A stretch of 63,971 nt of DNA, the filler included, from Calcarisporiella thermophila CBS 279.70 (taxonomy: Eukaryota; Fungi; Calcarisporiellomycota), in NCBI RefSeq assembly GCF_041956535.1. It is 6 parts of 6 records of this genome, joined end to end, with 100 filler letters (N's around TTAATTAATTAA, not from the genome) between each part and the next. Parts side by side here need not be neighbours in the genome. Positions count along the whole stretch, not along the records: positions 29,390 to 55,463 come from NW_027192211.1; 5 more parts are not named here. One strand, 5' to 3'. Shown in pieces: positions 37,110 to 50,828 of this stretch. Each line of letters begins with the position of its first letter. Within the stretch, counting starts at the first letter, position 1. The notes beneath the pieces were generated by a model. It was not told the origin of the DNA. It ran no database searches and saw only the letters and a list, made by a program, of their open reading frames with translations. The position numbers were made by a program, and so were the translations under genes.

Positions 37110-37644
37110 GGTAGGGGGAGAGAAGGAGAGGGGAGAGAAACAAGCAAATGGGGACTCAATGTGGATTAGTAAGAATAAGTCGAGGCAATTAACTCGGGGG
37201 GGGGGGGGGGCACGGGGAATAAGAGCAATTACAGGGAGGCTTATTAACAGAAAAAGACACAACTAATGGAGAGGGCGGCATTAAACATCATAGGGGGAGG
37301 TTGACATTGGCAGATATGCAGTGCAGGCGTGCGCGAGTTGATGGCGAGAGATGAATGGACGAGATGCAGCAGTGGGAAGAGGCGTGAATCCGGCGGCTCA
37401 TACAGCGGTTGGCTTGCGCTTGACACTCTGGAGCGAGAGGAAGAGAAAGGGAGAAAAGATTAGAACGGAGATTGGAAAGAGGTTGGGGCACACAAGCCTG
37501 AAAAACAAAGCCAGAGTTTTTTCATCTAAATGAAGACGGAATCTGCATGGGCAGTGTAGAGTTCACCAATCTAAAACTTTGAGCTAAAATCCACGCAGTC
37601 AACTGACTTGGGTTTAGGTCAACTTCGCCGGTCGTGCTTGCACT

Positions 37645-38647
37645 ATGCAATATCCAGACTCGAGAGAGGATGCATTGCGCGAGGTAATCTTCTAACCGCC
37701 CCCCGGTCATCATGGCCCTAATTTCGCCCTCGCTGACTCCCATGCGTGGTGATGCAGGTGTGTTCCCTCGGCAACAAGAAGGCGGTCGAGGTGTATATCC
37801 AGTCTGGCGTAAACATCAATGCGGCCCACAAGATCAATGGATGGACGCCGCTGCACTGGGCAGCCCATCGCGGCAACGAGGCCATCGTTCAGCTGCTGCT
37901 AAGAAACGGCGCAGATCCCAGCCTTAAGACTAGCAAAGGGCAGACGGCCGCAGATTTAGCAAAGTCGGACGCCGTCATGGCGCTTCTTCAAGGTTGAGTG
38001 ATGCTGTGTCCCTTTTGCGGCCTCCATTTCCGCGAGTAACCAACAGCCCTCCCGGGCGCTAATCCCTCTTTATCGTGGACAGATTCTACAAAGACGGGCG
38101 CACCCCCCGAGCCCGACCTCCCCATCACTCCTCGCTACCTTTCCGATCCCGATCTCGAGAAACTGTGGTCGGTCCCCGATAGCTCGGCGGCCAGAGATTT
38201 CACCAGGCCAGAACCGCAGCAGCCCACCGCAGCAGCAACCATGCCCGCCAGCCCGCCCGAGGCCGGCCCATCGCCAGTCCCTGCTGCTCACTCGGAGCCA
38301 AATCCACACCAAGGTAAGACTTTTCTCCCCGCTGAATTGAAATGGACTAATTGACCCTGCTCTTGCCTCAATCTGCTCGGACAGCGAGGGAAATACTCGT
38401 GTATACCGGGGCGCGGGAGAACGCAAGCCTCCTTGGAGCCATATTTGCCCAGCCTGCCGATACCCTTGAGGACACGGTGCAGCGAATCCGCGAGGAGATT
38501 GACGACGTGCCCGAAGCTTTCGTCGTGGCGCGACACAACGGAACAACGGCCATCCCGATCAACCGAAAGCAAATGACCAAGAACACGCTGGAACACTTTA
38601 GGAGCCATGCAGACGCCATAGTGCTGTTGCCCCCCAAGGCTTGCTAG
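37645..38647 (+). CDS. Ankyrin-repeat protein (ANKRD40-like), 4 exons
   Basis: MQYPDSREDALRE/VCSLGN...INGWTPLHWAAHRGNEAIVQLLLRNGADPSL, then a Pro-rich linker and a small C-terminal domain. Confidence 0.82.
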
Positions 38648-39588
38648 TCAGCATGCTAACCCGCTGCTATATAATAAAGGCTTATGTGCGCGACGGTTAT
38701 TTAGGATTTATTTCGTAGACCAAAGAAGGTTTTGGTAAACAAAGCTTATAATGGGCTGCTTCTAGATCTTGCCTATATCTTTCCAATCGGAGGCGAAGTG
38801 ACTCCTTCAACCTAGAATCGCCTCATCCAGCCTCCCAATCTCCGTCGGCTAGGTTTGAATCTTTCCTAGAAGGAAATATCCATCTCGCAAACCGGCCGGG
38901 TCGAAGGATTTCCGAGTATTCGACATCGGCCGGATACTGGGCGGAGGGGAGGGAGAGAACCTTTTTCTAAAGAAGCCCCCATTGACACCGGCATGTGCCC
39001 AAAAAAAAAGAAGACTGTGGTGGTATTCGCGCGCAAAATCCCCATTCAATTACTCGGTTTTGGGGAAGGTCTTCAAAGAAGACACCCCACGAACCTTGGC
39101 GTTTGGCGTAGTTGTGTTCATTTTTGGCTCTAGCCTCCCCCTGTAGAGTTGAGTAGGATGACACTTGTTACATGCAAGTTCTGAGGGATGACTGCATGCA
39201 TTGCTAAGCCATCCTGAGAACTGCTTAATGGAAATAGGAGTCTAAAATCCAATGGCACATCGGCCTCTCGAGATAGAGTAGGCAATGACGCGCTGGGGGT
39301 GACGAGGAGAGGGGAGGGGGGGAGGAGAAGCTGGAAAAGAATGCAGTTTGAAACAAGAAAGGCTATGCCAAAGACGGGGCAGTTTGTTCTTTTATGAGGC
39401 ATGCCACGCACTTCTGCTTAAATTGAACCTTCGCCGTCCACAGGATGGGAGATTTGCATGCAAAGGGGCGACCTGCAGCCAAAACCGGCCGAAACATCAA
39501 GCGAGCCCCCTCCCCCCCGCACCACTTTACGACGACATAGTCTCTCGACCATAGTGCTAAGGATGCTTTCCCAAGCACGTGATCCAGT

Positions 39589-39661
39589 GCAGGGTTAGCT
39601 CATCTGGGAGAGCGTAAGACTGAAGATCTTAAGGTACCCGGTTCGATCCCGGGATTCTGCA
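39589..39661 (+). tRNA. tRNA-Phe(GAA), intronless
   Basis: Acceptor GCAGGGT/ATTCTGC, anticodon arm TAAGA-CTGAAGA-TCTTA, T-arm CCCGGTTCGATCCCGGG. Confidence 0.95.
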
Positions 39662-40109
39662 TAAGAGGAGAGGGGGAGTCGAGTGAGGCGGCCCCTTTTT
39701 GCTCCCCTTTTCAATCCCTCGAGGACCTCTATCCATTGCCTTTGTAATTAGGAGCCGGATCCCCTCTCGAATAGGGTTGATCTCCTCCCTTCTCCTTAAC
39801 TCTATTAAGAGGTTTTTTGGCTGAAGGTAAAAGGATTGTTTTGCACATTTTATTTTAAGTGGAATATTTTATCAAGGGAAAGAAGAGAGAGAACGCTGAG
39901 TTTTTTTTTTTGATGACAAAAAGAATCCAAAACAAAATATAAAAAATTATGGTGGTAAAAATAATAATAATAAAAAAAGCACATCCTATAGGCATGATGA
40001 AGGCCGTCAAACCCTTTTTCCTCCTTCCCTTCCCCCTGATAAGCATTAGGTGAACCTCACTGATATATCATTATGTTTATGTTTATAGATGTAGTGATGT
40101 AGAGAGAGT

Positions 40110-42572
40110 TTATGACATGGACACCACCGCCTTGTCCACGAGCGTCCTCAGTTGGGTGGGGTCGTCTAAGGCTTGGACAAGGACATGGATTCCTTCTGTG
40201 TCCAGGAGCCGGATGGTGATGCGGTTGGCGCGTTTCACCCCAAGCGCCTTGATCACCGGGTACAGGCGCTCGCCCACGATCTCCTTCTGCTGATGCTCGG
40301 ACAGCCCTGCCAACGTGGAGAGCAGTTTGTCGGCACTGCTGGGCACGTGGGCTTCCGGGTGCTTTTTCGGCGCCTGGGCCAGCGGGGTCTGGCCTTGGTG
40401 CTGGGGCAGCGGGACGGCGATCACGGGGCCGACCGCTTTCGGCACCCTCTTGCGCTCCTTTTCTCTTTCCTCGTCCTCCTCCTCTGCTGCCGCGATCTCC
40501 TCCTCCTCCTCCGAGTCGCTCGGCTCCTCCTCCTCTCCAACTATGTCGAGCGCCTCGCGTGCCATCCGGATCTTCTCACGCAGGTAGTCCGGGTTGAAAA
40601 GGCACAGGGAACGCTCCTTGCGCCGTAATGTTAACAGCATGTCGACAATGTCCTCGACGTACTCGGACGTGATCCGCGCTACTGCGTCGGTCATCTTCTT
40701 CTTTTGGTCAGATGCCGTTCGCTCCGTCATCACCGAGGAGACCGACCCAACCGAGCCGCGTCGTCGGAGGGTGCGGGGCACGGAGAGATGCTCCTGCGAA
40801 GGGGCCGGGGCAGCTCGAACCATGCCCATGGCCCGCTTAGCATCGCCAACCTGGGTGGAAAGAAAGGGAGTTAGCATTGCGCTAAATCGGTCCAACTGCT
40901 ATGGCTTACTTTAGCCTCTAACGCGGAGGGCGACTTGAGCGCATCTCCAATGTCCGATACGGACATGTCCATCAATTGGCCGACGATGCGATCGGATTCG
41001 CCGGCCGGACACAGCGACTCCAGCCGCTTCTCCAGCTCGGGGCGCAGGATGTTATTTCGCACGGGTGCGGGCAAGGATGGGAGCGCCGACAAGAACTCGC
41101 TGTTGACGGTTCCGTCGGAGTTGCTGACGGGCGGGACCTGCACGTCATTGTAGGCGGAGGTGGAGAAGCGCCGGATCGGGATCCCGCCCGGTGCAAGTAA
41201 TGTGGGGCTGGTGGCGGGGGTGATTTTCTGCTCGCGGCTCTTCTTCGGCTCGTGGTAGGCCACGATCAGCTGCTTGGACAGGGTCTGTTGCCCGTTCATG
41301 GCGTGCAGTGCACGCGCCGCCTCCTCTGCCTTGCTGAAACTTACGAAGCCGAACCCCTTGGATTGGCCGGTGATGGGGTTCGTCATGACGCGTGCGCTGA
41401 TGATGCGCCCGAACCGACTAAAGAGGCTGAATAGGTCGGTGCTTGTGATTCGCATGTCGAGGTTTTTCACATAGAGATTGGTGGGGTCATAGAGCTGCTG
41501 GTCGACCAGCTTGACGGGGGGCGCGCGGTAGCTACCGTTCGACTGAGTGGGAGAGGTGGCCGTGGAGGAAACTACCAATTGAGGCGTGGAAGGGCTCGAG
41601 GTGGTGGAGGTGGCGTAGTGCTGCGAGTCGTACCATTCGACGGCGCTATGAGCGTGAATAAAGGAGGGGAGGGGGCCATTGCAGTCAATAACATAAAAAT
41701 GGACACATAGAAAGCAATACGCCCGATAGATCTACATACATATTTCGTCCGCTAATGTCTCTTCCATGCTACATAGGAACGCAAGACAAGAGAGAAGAAT
41801 TGGACGCGTTATTTCACTCCCCCCATAAAGTGTGCAATTGGGAAGAAGGCGATTTACCATCTCTTTCATGGCCTGCTCCGCATCCGCCTGCACAAAATAA
41901 TGGATGAGAGCGCTCCCCTTAAACATGCCGTTGTCGATCAGCACCCGGCACGTCGCAATGGGGCCGTGTGGGCGGAACAGGTTGAAAAGGAAGTTGTTGT
42001 CGGCGTGAAGAGGAAGCTGGCTTACAAGGAGCTTTTTTGCTTGTGCTTCTACCTTTTGCGAGCTGGAGGAGGTGATGGAGAGATAGATGGGGTGAAGCTG
42101 CGTGCCCACAACCGTCTCATTGAACAGGGCGAAAGCGCGTTCCGCTAATAGATGTACGATAGCATTTGAAATACGAATACTCATCGCGGTGATGCATTCT
42201 CATTTTACCTTGTTTTGAAGATGGGAATCGTATGTGCCCGTGTAGATGGGTTCTCTCTTCGTAGAATTTCACTCTAAACAAATGCATCAAAGCGAACGTT
42301 ACTACTATCCATCCCACAATAAAACAAAGCTAATAAAAAACTGGACGAATGGCCTACTCGGTTGGCTGACACGCGCTCATCAATTCGGTTATCTCTGCTT
42401 CGCTCGCGTTCGTTCCTGGCTCCGTGATGTAGAGCGTGTCGGTGAACATCGGGGAGCCGCTGGCCGGATTCTCCTTCTTTTCCGTCGCGATGGGAGGCGC
42501 CGTTGCCGATGGAGTGGGTCTGTGGAGTAAACTGCGGATGGACACGGTGACCGATTCGGTCTCTACTGTCAT
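40110..42572 (-). CDS. rrm4: Rrm4-like RNA-binding protein (3 RRM plus C-terminal MLLE/PABC-like domains), multi-exon
   Basis: RRM3 DPTNLYVKNLD...GQSKGFGFVSF. KERSLCLFNPDYL and QKEIVGERLYPVIKALGVKRANRITIRLLD match the Rrm4 MLLE region as recalled. Confidence 0.78.
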
Positions 42573-43204
42573 GTCTCCTTGTTATTTGTGTGTGCTACCG
42601 TTGGTTGAAGATGAGGAAGAGGTGGATGAACTGCCAATGCTCTATGGCCAAGATAGGGATGCGATAAGGAGAGAGGAGGGGAGGGAGAAGGGTTGGAGAG
42701 GGGCAGAGGGGTGGGGGGAGGGGAGGCAAGATGAAAACAGAGAGAGTGAGTGAATCTGCGTGCATCCGCGCTCATGGAGATGGAAACATGACGGCTGCTA
42801 ACGTGTTCTGCTTACCTAATAATATTGCCGCGATGCTTGATGGGATTCTAAATGATGGTCTCGTAAAAAAAAAAATAAACGACTTTTCAAAAATAAGAAA
42901 AATACGCTTCTGGGACCTTTCCTTTTTTTTCTTTTCCAGCTCCCCTCAGCAATTGGTTCAATTTCCTCGCAGATCACCTTGAAAAAATTTTTGGGACCAA
43001 AATTTTTATTATGCAAAAGTACCAGAAGATGAAAATACACTTTGAATTATATACTGGGATTAACAAAAAGAAAGGCTGAGGAGAGTGGATTGGATGGGAA
43101 ACAACAGAATAGAAGAAGAAATCAAAATCAAAACTCACTAAATAAAAGGCGCTATTACATATCTGGAGAACGAGAAAACACAAGTTTAGTTATCCGTGCA
43201 TACG

Positions 43205-44560
43205 CTAGACTGTCCAAGACGCGTCCCAACCGGAAAAGGCCGGCTTAGTATGGAGGAGGGCGTTTCCAAGAAGGAACGAGGGAAGCGGGATCCCCGTCGC
43301 CATCAGCTCCCACACCAGTGCCCCAAGCAGAACGGCGGCATGGGGCTTCTCATCAAATACAGACAGGTCTAGCTGGCTGTACATGGTAGAAACGGGGGCG
43401 ATGGCGCTGGAGACACTCTCCTTCTCCACGTTGGATATAGGCTTGGCAGGAGGAGTGGTAAGGATGTCGGCCCAGTTCCACTCGGGGAGGATGGCCCGGT
43501 GGACAAGGATGCGCGTGTCGCGCCAACGCTCGCCACCGCTGCTCGAGCTCGCGAGGGCAGACGAGTTGGGGACATCCTTGTGCAGATTCGGAAGAAGGAG
43601 ACTGGGCGAGTTTGGATAGGGGAGAGAGTTGCGGTCCTCCTCAGCGGGAGACTCCGAGGGCAGCCTCTGGCTATAAAGGACATCCTCTTCTGCGGGTTTG
43701 GATGCATCCTGTTTGGCTCGAAGCATAGCCACCTCTTCGCGCAGCTGCTGGTTCTCTTGCATGATCTTGTTGAGTGTCTCGCGGAGCTCCGACGCCTCTG
43801 ATTTATGAAGCTGGATCTCGGCTTCTAAGCTGCTGATATACTCTAGGAGGGCGCAAAATAAAAAAGAATGAGAAAAACCCAGCCAAATCACCTAGAGAGC
43901 CGCGTCGAGATAGTCACCTTTTCTACGGACTCTGAAGTTGCGAGCTGATATCTTGTTGCGTAGCTGGCGCTTCTCTTTAGAGCTCATCTTCTTGATCTCC
44001 TCCGGAGACGGCACATCATCGTATACGGGCCTCGGCTTTGTGTCGCAATCTGCTCCGATGGGGGGGGACCCGGCCTTCTTGTTGGAAGCCTTCGTTTGCT
44101 TGCTCACGGATGACGATGATTTTGAGGTTGAGGCGTTGTGGTCGTTAGAGGAGGCGATGGGAGCGGGAGATGTGGACGATTTTAATGTTTTAGCAATACG
44201 ATCATCGATGATCTTTTGTAATGCCTCCAAGTCCACTGCTGCGGGCTTGGCATCCGTCATGGTGGCATCTTCCGACGATTGGTCATCAGGAGAGAGCCGC
44301 AGCTCAGCTGGCGAGATAGTCTCGGCCATCTGGGGTGACTCAGGCTGGAGCAGAGGATCGAATCCGTTGAAGCGGAAGGCATCCGCCACGGCCACATCAG
44401 GATTAGTTAGCTCGCTTGGCTCTGCCACCGTCACCCGATCAAGCTCGTCTCCAAGCAGGAGCTTGAGCAGGTCGGAGGCGCTACGCACCTCGGGCTCGCC
44501 GCCGCCCTCTTCAGCCAGAATGCCAAGGTCAATGAACTTCTCAATAGAGTTATCCTCCAT
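43205..44560 (-). CDS. bZIP transcription factor, 2 exons
   Basis: Basic region KRQLRNKISARNFRVRRK, an intron, then zipper EYISSLEAEI...LRETL...ENQQLREEV. Confidence 0.9.
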
Positions 44561-45282
44561 TATATAAGATTAGGATGGATTGCGTTGGTTTGAGTACGAA
44601 TACAAAAGAGGGGGTTGGATACGCGTCCCTTCCCCTTTTCTCCTGAGGCGGGAGCAAAAAGGCTTATCAAATGGAAGTTGAGAGAAGATTGTGCATTGCG
44701 TAAGCTATCAGACCTATCCTAGCATCTATTTGTCATGCGAGTCACAACCCAGAGGTAAACAAACGGGGATGGGTATAAGAATCGGAAAATGGGCCGCATT
44801 CGTGTTTTCTTTTCTCTTAAACACTAAGAATGCTTTATTCACCCTCTAATCGAATGATTCCCCTTACAGGGACATTCGTGATTAGCTGTGGTTACTAGGT
44901 ATTCGAGATAAATATGGTCGAGGAATTCCGTATCGATGAGGGAGGGGTTCGCCCCATCCCCTGGACACGCATACTCTACGACTCGCCCAATACATTGGCA
45001 CAATATAAAGAAGAAAGTCCTTTTTTAGTTTAAATAGGGAAACAAACTTCAGAAAGTGAATGACGAAGTAAAAAACATAAAAAAATAAAGTAATGGTAAG
45101 TATGCTTAAGACGAAAAGGGAAGGGGAGAGGAGAGAGGGAGGGAGGGGGGGGGGTGAAAAATACAGAAAGAAAAAACAGAGTAATAGAAGAACAAACAAT
45201 ACACAATAGATCCACGTTAAAATAAATAAATATATACACAGACAGCATTCTAAAGGTGGGCAACCAGTACACTAGCTAATAA

Positions 45283-47543
45283 CTAAAACGGATAAGACGG
45301 GGCTAGTCCTGGAGTGGTCCCGCCGTCACTCTGGGAAGGGAGGATATTGGGATAGGCGCCCACGGGATTAGCACGTTGCTCTCCGTTGCTGAGCATCTCA
45401 CTTGCTTTGGTGTCCAGCTTGTGGGGTGGCTGCCCAATGCCGAAATGGGCAAACCCTTGGGCTGCTTGCGGGTTGGCTAGGGCTCCTGCAAAATGGAGGC
45501 CATCCATGGCTCCCGAAGCAATCATGGGTTGCGGAAAGTAGCTGGCGCCATGTAGAGGGGGACGCATCCTCGTGTCCTGCATGGCATGGAACGGATGGTG
45601 CTGGGGCGGATAGGGCTGGGGATCATGGGTGCGCTCGTGTTTTCTCAGCGAGCGAGAATGGTAGTAGGCTTTACCGCAGCCCTTAACGCGGCATATGTAG
45701 GGCCGCATCGTGGAGTGGGTCTTCATGTGCGTGCTCAGAGAATCAGGCCGTGCAAAGCGTTTCCCACAGGCGGCCACCTGGCACACGAAGGGGCGTTCGC
45801 CGGTATGGGTGCGAAGGTGGTTGAACATCTTGTGGCGCTTTTTAAAGGGTTTATTGATGCGCGAGCAGCCGGTCCATTCACAGTAGTACTTTGCCTAGAG
45901 AACAAGATACACAAAAGGAGACATCCGTGAATCACCATGGCCTAAATGCCTTTGGAAATAGAGCTAATAAAACTATATTTACCTTCCCGCTCCCAACATG
46001 AGCCTCGGCCAAGTGAGATATGAGTGCTTGCATTGTAGGAAACTCTTGGAAACACCCCTTCCATTTGCATATTCTCCCCCCGCCTTTCTCTGTTGCTTCC
46101 TCATCCTCCTCCCCCTCCTCCAACTCTTCGTCGCCGGGGGATGGCGAAGTTCGCGTCGACGAGTCAGCACTATTCACCGCTAGCCGATGCACGCCTTTCT
46201 GGATCTCCGCATCGAGAGAAGGGTTCATGCTCGTGCCATCTGGAGCAGCTTCAGACTTTGGCACTTTCTCTTTGTCCCTCTCCTTATCCCTCTCCAGTTT
46301 AAGCTGTTGTGACTCGAACAGGGGATTGAGGGGGGAGGGGGCGGGGGACACGGGCTGAGAAAGCGAGTGAGCACTTATGGTATCGACCGCATAGTTTGGC
46401 GGTTGGAACACCATCTTGAGTTCCGGGGAATATTTGCCGGAAAAGGTGTGCCGTCGAGGGCCGGCAGGACGTCTCGCGAGGTGGCTCATTGCCCCGGGGG
46501 GCAGAGTCGTCGAAGTCGATCGATGGCTGGGGAGGACAACGGGCTGTGCAGAGACCTGGGTTTGCCCCGTCGGAATGACCGATTCCATGGGCACGATTCC
46601 GTTATCCGAACTGACAGTGGGGGTCGTTTGGGGAGTATTCACCTAATGAAGCGTGGCATCAACCAGTTAAGTACCCTGAAGCAAAATCTCTAGATTGAAA
46701 AACGATACTCACCATACTGGAGGTATTTGTAAGCATGTCCTGCGCCATCACGGGTGTCATGGTCCCTTGATCACTGGAGGAGAGCATTCCCCCCAAAGAA
46801 TTCGTGTTGCCTAGGAAATTGTTCATTGCCGAGTCCGTTGGGGTAACTACAGTATGTTTGGGCGGGGACTGCCGATCCTGAGGGGTTGAGGAAGAGCTCT
46901 GCTCTTGTTGCAGCGACAATGCTGATTGCTGCGCATCGACTAATTGCTCGAGCGTCATGCCTTGATTTACCGCCGAGTTAATAAGTGCCTGCTGGATAAT
47001 CGCCTCATTCGCTTGAATTAATGCAGCTTCTTGGATGGTTTGCTGTAAGGTTTGCGAAGGAGGTTGAGGTGGAGTCGATGTTCTCGACACCTTGTCTGTG
47101 GCGTTTTCTTTGACTGAAGAGGGTGGTGCAGGTAAGTTAGATTGTGGTTGCGTTGCGATGGGAGGAGATGCAGTTTGTGGATGGTTTTGTTGATGCTGCT
47201 GCTGCTGCTGCTGCTGCTGTTGTTGTTGTTGTTGCTGTTGTTGTGCTGCTGCTGCTGCTGCTGCTGCTGNNNNNNNNNNNNNNNNNNNNNNNNNNNNNNN
47301 NNNNNNNNNNNNNNNNNNNNNNNNNNNNNNNNNNNNNNNNNNNNNNNNNNNNNNNNNNNNNNNNNNNNNNNNNNNNNNNNNNNNNNNNNNNNNNNNNNNN
47401 NNNNNNNNNNNNNNNNNNNNNNNNNNNNNNNNNNNNNNNNNNNNNNNNNNNNNNNNNNNNNNNNNNNNNNNNNNNNNNNNNNNNNNNNNNNNNNNNNNNN
47501 NNNNNNNNNNNNNNNNNNNNNNNNGTGTTGTTGTTGTTGTCTG

Positions 47544-47582
<39 letters not shown>

Positions 47583-48368
47583 TTGTTGTTGTTGCTGTTG
47601 TTGTTGCTGCTGCTGCTGCTGCTGTTGTTGTTGTTGTTGTTGTTGTTGCTGTTGTTGTTGCTGTTGTTGTTGCTGTTGTTGTTGCTGCTGTTGTTGCTGC
47701 TGTTGCTGTTGTTGCAGTTGTTGTTGTGAAATCAAATCGATCTGCGCCTGGGCGGCAATTACAGCCAGGGTAGGGTCTGGCTGAATTACAGCATTCAGGA
47801 GAAGTGCCTGCTGCACCATCGAGTCAGACGCAGCATTGAGTATACTGGCGGCAGCGGCAGCGGCAGCCTGCTGTTGTGGGACATCTCCAGAAGCTGAAAG
47901 CAAGAGCTGCATATTTTGGGCAACAGACTCGGCAGGAGTGGTTTGCTCAACATTGGTCGTGGGGGTTGGAGTCGAATCTGTCGAGGTTGAGAGTGACGGA
48001 GACAGAATCGTTTGAAGTACTGCTTGGGCTGCCGCCTGCTGCTGTTGTTGCTCCGAGGTCTGCGGTTGCAAGGCTGATTGGAGTGGTTGCTGGAGCTGAT
48101 GCTGTGCTTGTTGCTGGTTTTGTTGTTGAGCTTGTTGTGAAAGTGGCTGATCAGTAGTCATTAATCCAAGATTTCCGAAATTGGATGTAGCCGTTGCATT
48201 TCCAGGCGTAGGTGGTTGACTCGGCACAACAAAGCTGGCATTAGTGGCATCCTCCAGCATAGCTCCAAAAGTCATTGGAGTCTGCTGTGGATGCGAAGAG
48301 GTGCCTTCGCTATTATCTTCTGATTGCCTCTCCACCACCATGTTGTTATTGGTCCCCTCCGACGACAT
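45283..48368 (-). CDS. Poly-Q, GLI/Iec1-like C2H2 zinc-finger transcription factor, multi-exon; start uncertain
   Basis: CKWKGC...HLAEAH, CEWTGC...HLRTHTGERPFVC, RFARPDSLSTHMKTH, YYHSRSLRKHERTH. Long Q-rich N-terminus. Confidence 0.88.
47194..47726 (-). repeat. CAG/CAA coding microsatellite (poly-Q) spanning an assembly gap (47270-47524)
   Basis: Direct reading: over 60 Gln codons on one side of the gap and about 17 on the other. Confidence 0.95.
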
Positions 48369-49078
48369 TGGCTGTGCAGTTGATATCTCACCCTCTGAAG
48401 TTACAGTGGCTGAAGCTGATGAATCGGTCGTTGTGTGTGTTAAATTGCCTGTGTTTTGGTTAAATTCTTGTATTAAGATACAGTGCGAAGATGAAGGAGA
48501 TATCGTGATGGAATTAATGCTTTGATCGATACCAAGAAGGGGGAAAAAACGAAGGCGGTAGGTGTGAGAAGAGAGATGATGCTGTTTACAAATGTAACGC
48601 TACTACCCAATGACAAGCGTCCCAATTATATAAGAAGGCCGGTCTATACAATCAGGCAGGGAGGAGGCCAAGTAAAGATAGTAATACAAAAAATGATCGA
48701 GAAGAACGTTAATACCAGTATAGAAGCATAAAGAAAAGTGAAATAATTCAAGCTGCTCTTACCGAAAATGATTGGGAGAGTACAGATGAAATAGAGATGA
48801 ATAAATATGGAACAAGATGGTCAAGAAACGGGACTGGCAGTTGAATCGAGACCTACATAGGTTGGATAAGAGAACTTCTTGATCAACTGATCTTTTTTTC
48901 AACGATATGGCAGAGGTTTTAGATTTTCACGTCGAGCATTGACGTAGCCAAAATGGAATTAATTTCTTGTGCTGCGGAATCGTCAAGAGGAAGATAAACA
49001 AACATAGAAGTGTGACTCTCTTTCAAAATTCATAGCCTTTCCTATTCCACTTGCCCTGATCGTAAACATTCCCCTATA

Positions 49079-50828
49079 ATGGTCACATCACATAAGAAAG
49101 CACCTAAGAAGGCGGCTTCTAAATCTGCAGCAGCAGGGGCTGCACCTTCTTCTGCTGACACCGCTTCCAAATCCATTAAGAAGTCAAGTAAACCCCTCCC
49201 AAAAAAGCCGGTGGTCGAAGAGCCCGAAGAGTCTGAGGAAGAAATGGATGCCGAAGAGGAGGAGGTGGAGGAGGAAATGAACGATGCAGAGGAAAACGGA
49301 GAACAAGAAAGTGAAGACGATGAGGAAACCGTGGATCAGCTTGCTAAAATGCTGCGCGAAATTGATAGCAGCGACGAAGACGAGGACAGCTCCGACGACG
49401 AAGCGATGGAAGAGGGGGGTGAGAAGGTGGATGAGTTCGAGACGAATGAGAATGTAATTTCATTAATGAACGAAGTGGGTGCCGAAGTGAAGCAACGTGT
49501 AAAGAATATTAAAAAGGTGAGTACCGGAGGGGCGATATATCTCCTTTTCTTGGAATTAGGCCTGACCATGGTTCGTTCGAACGTTTATAGGATCAGACAA
49601 GACCTGGAGTCATCTATCTAGGCCGGATCCCCCATGGCTTCTATGAACGAGAAATGCGTGCATACTTTAATCAGTTCGGCAAGGTCACACGGTTGAGACT
49701 CTCACGCAATAAAAAGGTATGTAGTTGCAATGTAGGCGATTTGATCCATGTGTGCTCTCCCTCACCTTGGTCCCATCCCTGATAGACCGGTAAATCAAAA
49801 CACTATGCATTCATCGAATTCGCCTCTGAGGAGGTGGCCAAGATCGTGGCCGAGACTATGGACAACTATCTACTTTTCGGAAGACTTCTCAAATGTGAGC
49901 TTCCCATATTCCTTCTACCCCACAGGTCATGCTTTGCTCACTCTATTTTTGTTTCCCGAATTTAGGTAAGGTTCTATCACCAGATCAGATCCACCCAAAG
50001 CTGTTCAAGGGGGCAAACCGCAAGTTCGCCAGTATCCCATGGGCAAAAATTGAAGCAGCAAGTCGGCGGAAGGTATTTTGAAACTTTTATATTGACTACG
50101 CCTCCTCTTTGACCCGGGAGACTCAATGGTCTTGCTTGTTTGCTAGGCTAAAACACCAGAGCAACACCAACGCCGCGTGAAGAGATTGCTCAAGAGTGAA
50201 AAGAAGGAGCGAGCTAAGCTACGGGAGCTTGGGATCGATTACGAATACCAAGGATATGTATGTGATTTTTATTTTTGATGTCTCCCACAAGGAGGACCGC
50301 ACAGGAGATGGACTGAAATGATCTGGTTTATAGACTGAAGGGTTGAAGAAGCCGACCAAAGGCGGGGAGGATCTCGCGAAGACAAGTGAACAGAATTCGA
50401 CTCCAGCCAAGGCCCCCTCAAAGCAGTCAAAAGAGGGCGAGAAACCCCTCAACTCTGCAAAGAAGTCGAGAGAAGCTGATGTAGAGGAGTCCACACCAGC
50501 CAAGCGGCAGAAGGGGGAGAAGACGCCCACAAAAGCGACATCGGCGAAGAAGAGCGGCGAAGGAAAAGAGAAGCCCACTCCTGCCACGGAAAAGCCCTCA
50601 GCGAAGAAGCGTAAAGGGGGAGAGGAAGGGAAGAAGGAAGAGGAGACCCCCTTAACAAAAAAGAAAAAGGTCGAGATTTCGGAGCCCGCGAACAAGAGTG
50701 CTAAAGCGACGCCTTCGAAGCCAAAGAGCGAAGGCAAAACTCCTACAAAGACCTCGGACAGGACGCCAGCCAAATCTGCGGCCAAGAAAACCCCATCCAA
50801 AAATACGCCCGCAAAGAAGGCAAAATAA
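49079..50828 (+). CDS. NOP15: Nucleolar RRM protein Nop15/NIFK, multi-exon
   Basis: Acidic N-terminus, [57 protein letters not shown] and a Lys-rich tail. Confidence 0.9.

Noticed and set aside
47244-47541. Poly-Ala and poly-Thr tracts beside the poly-Q
   Set aside because: Single-base slips at low-quality gap edges shift the CAG/CAA frame; most likely assembly artefacts.
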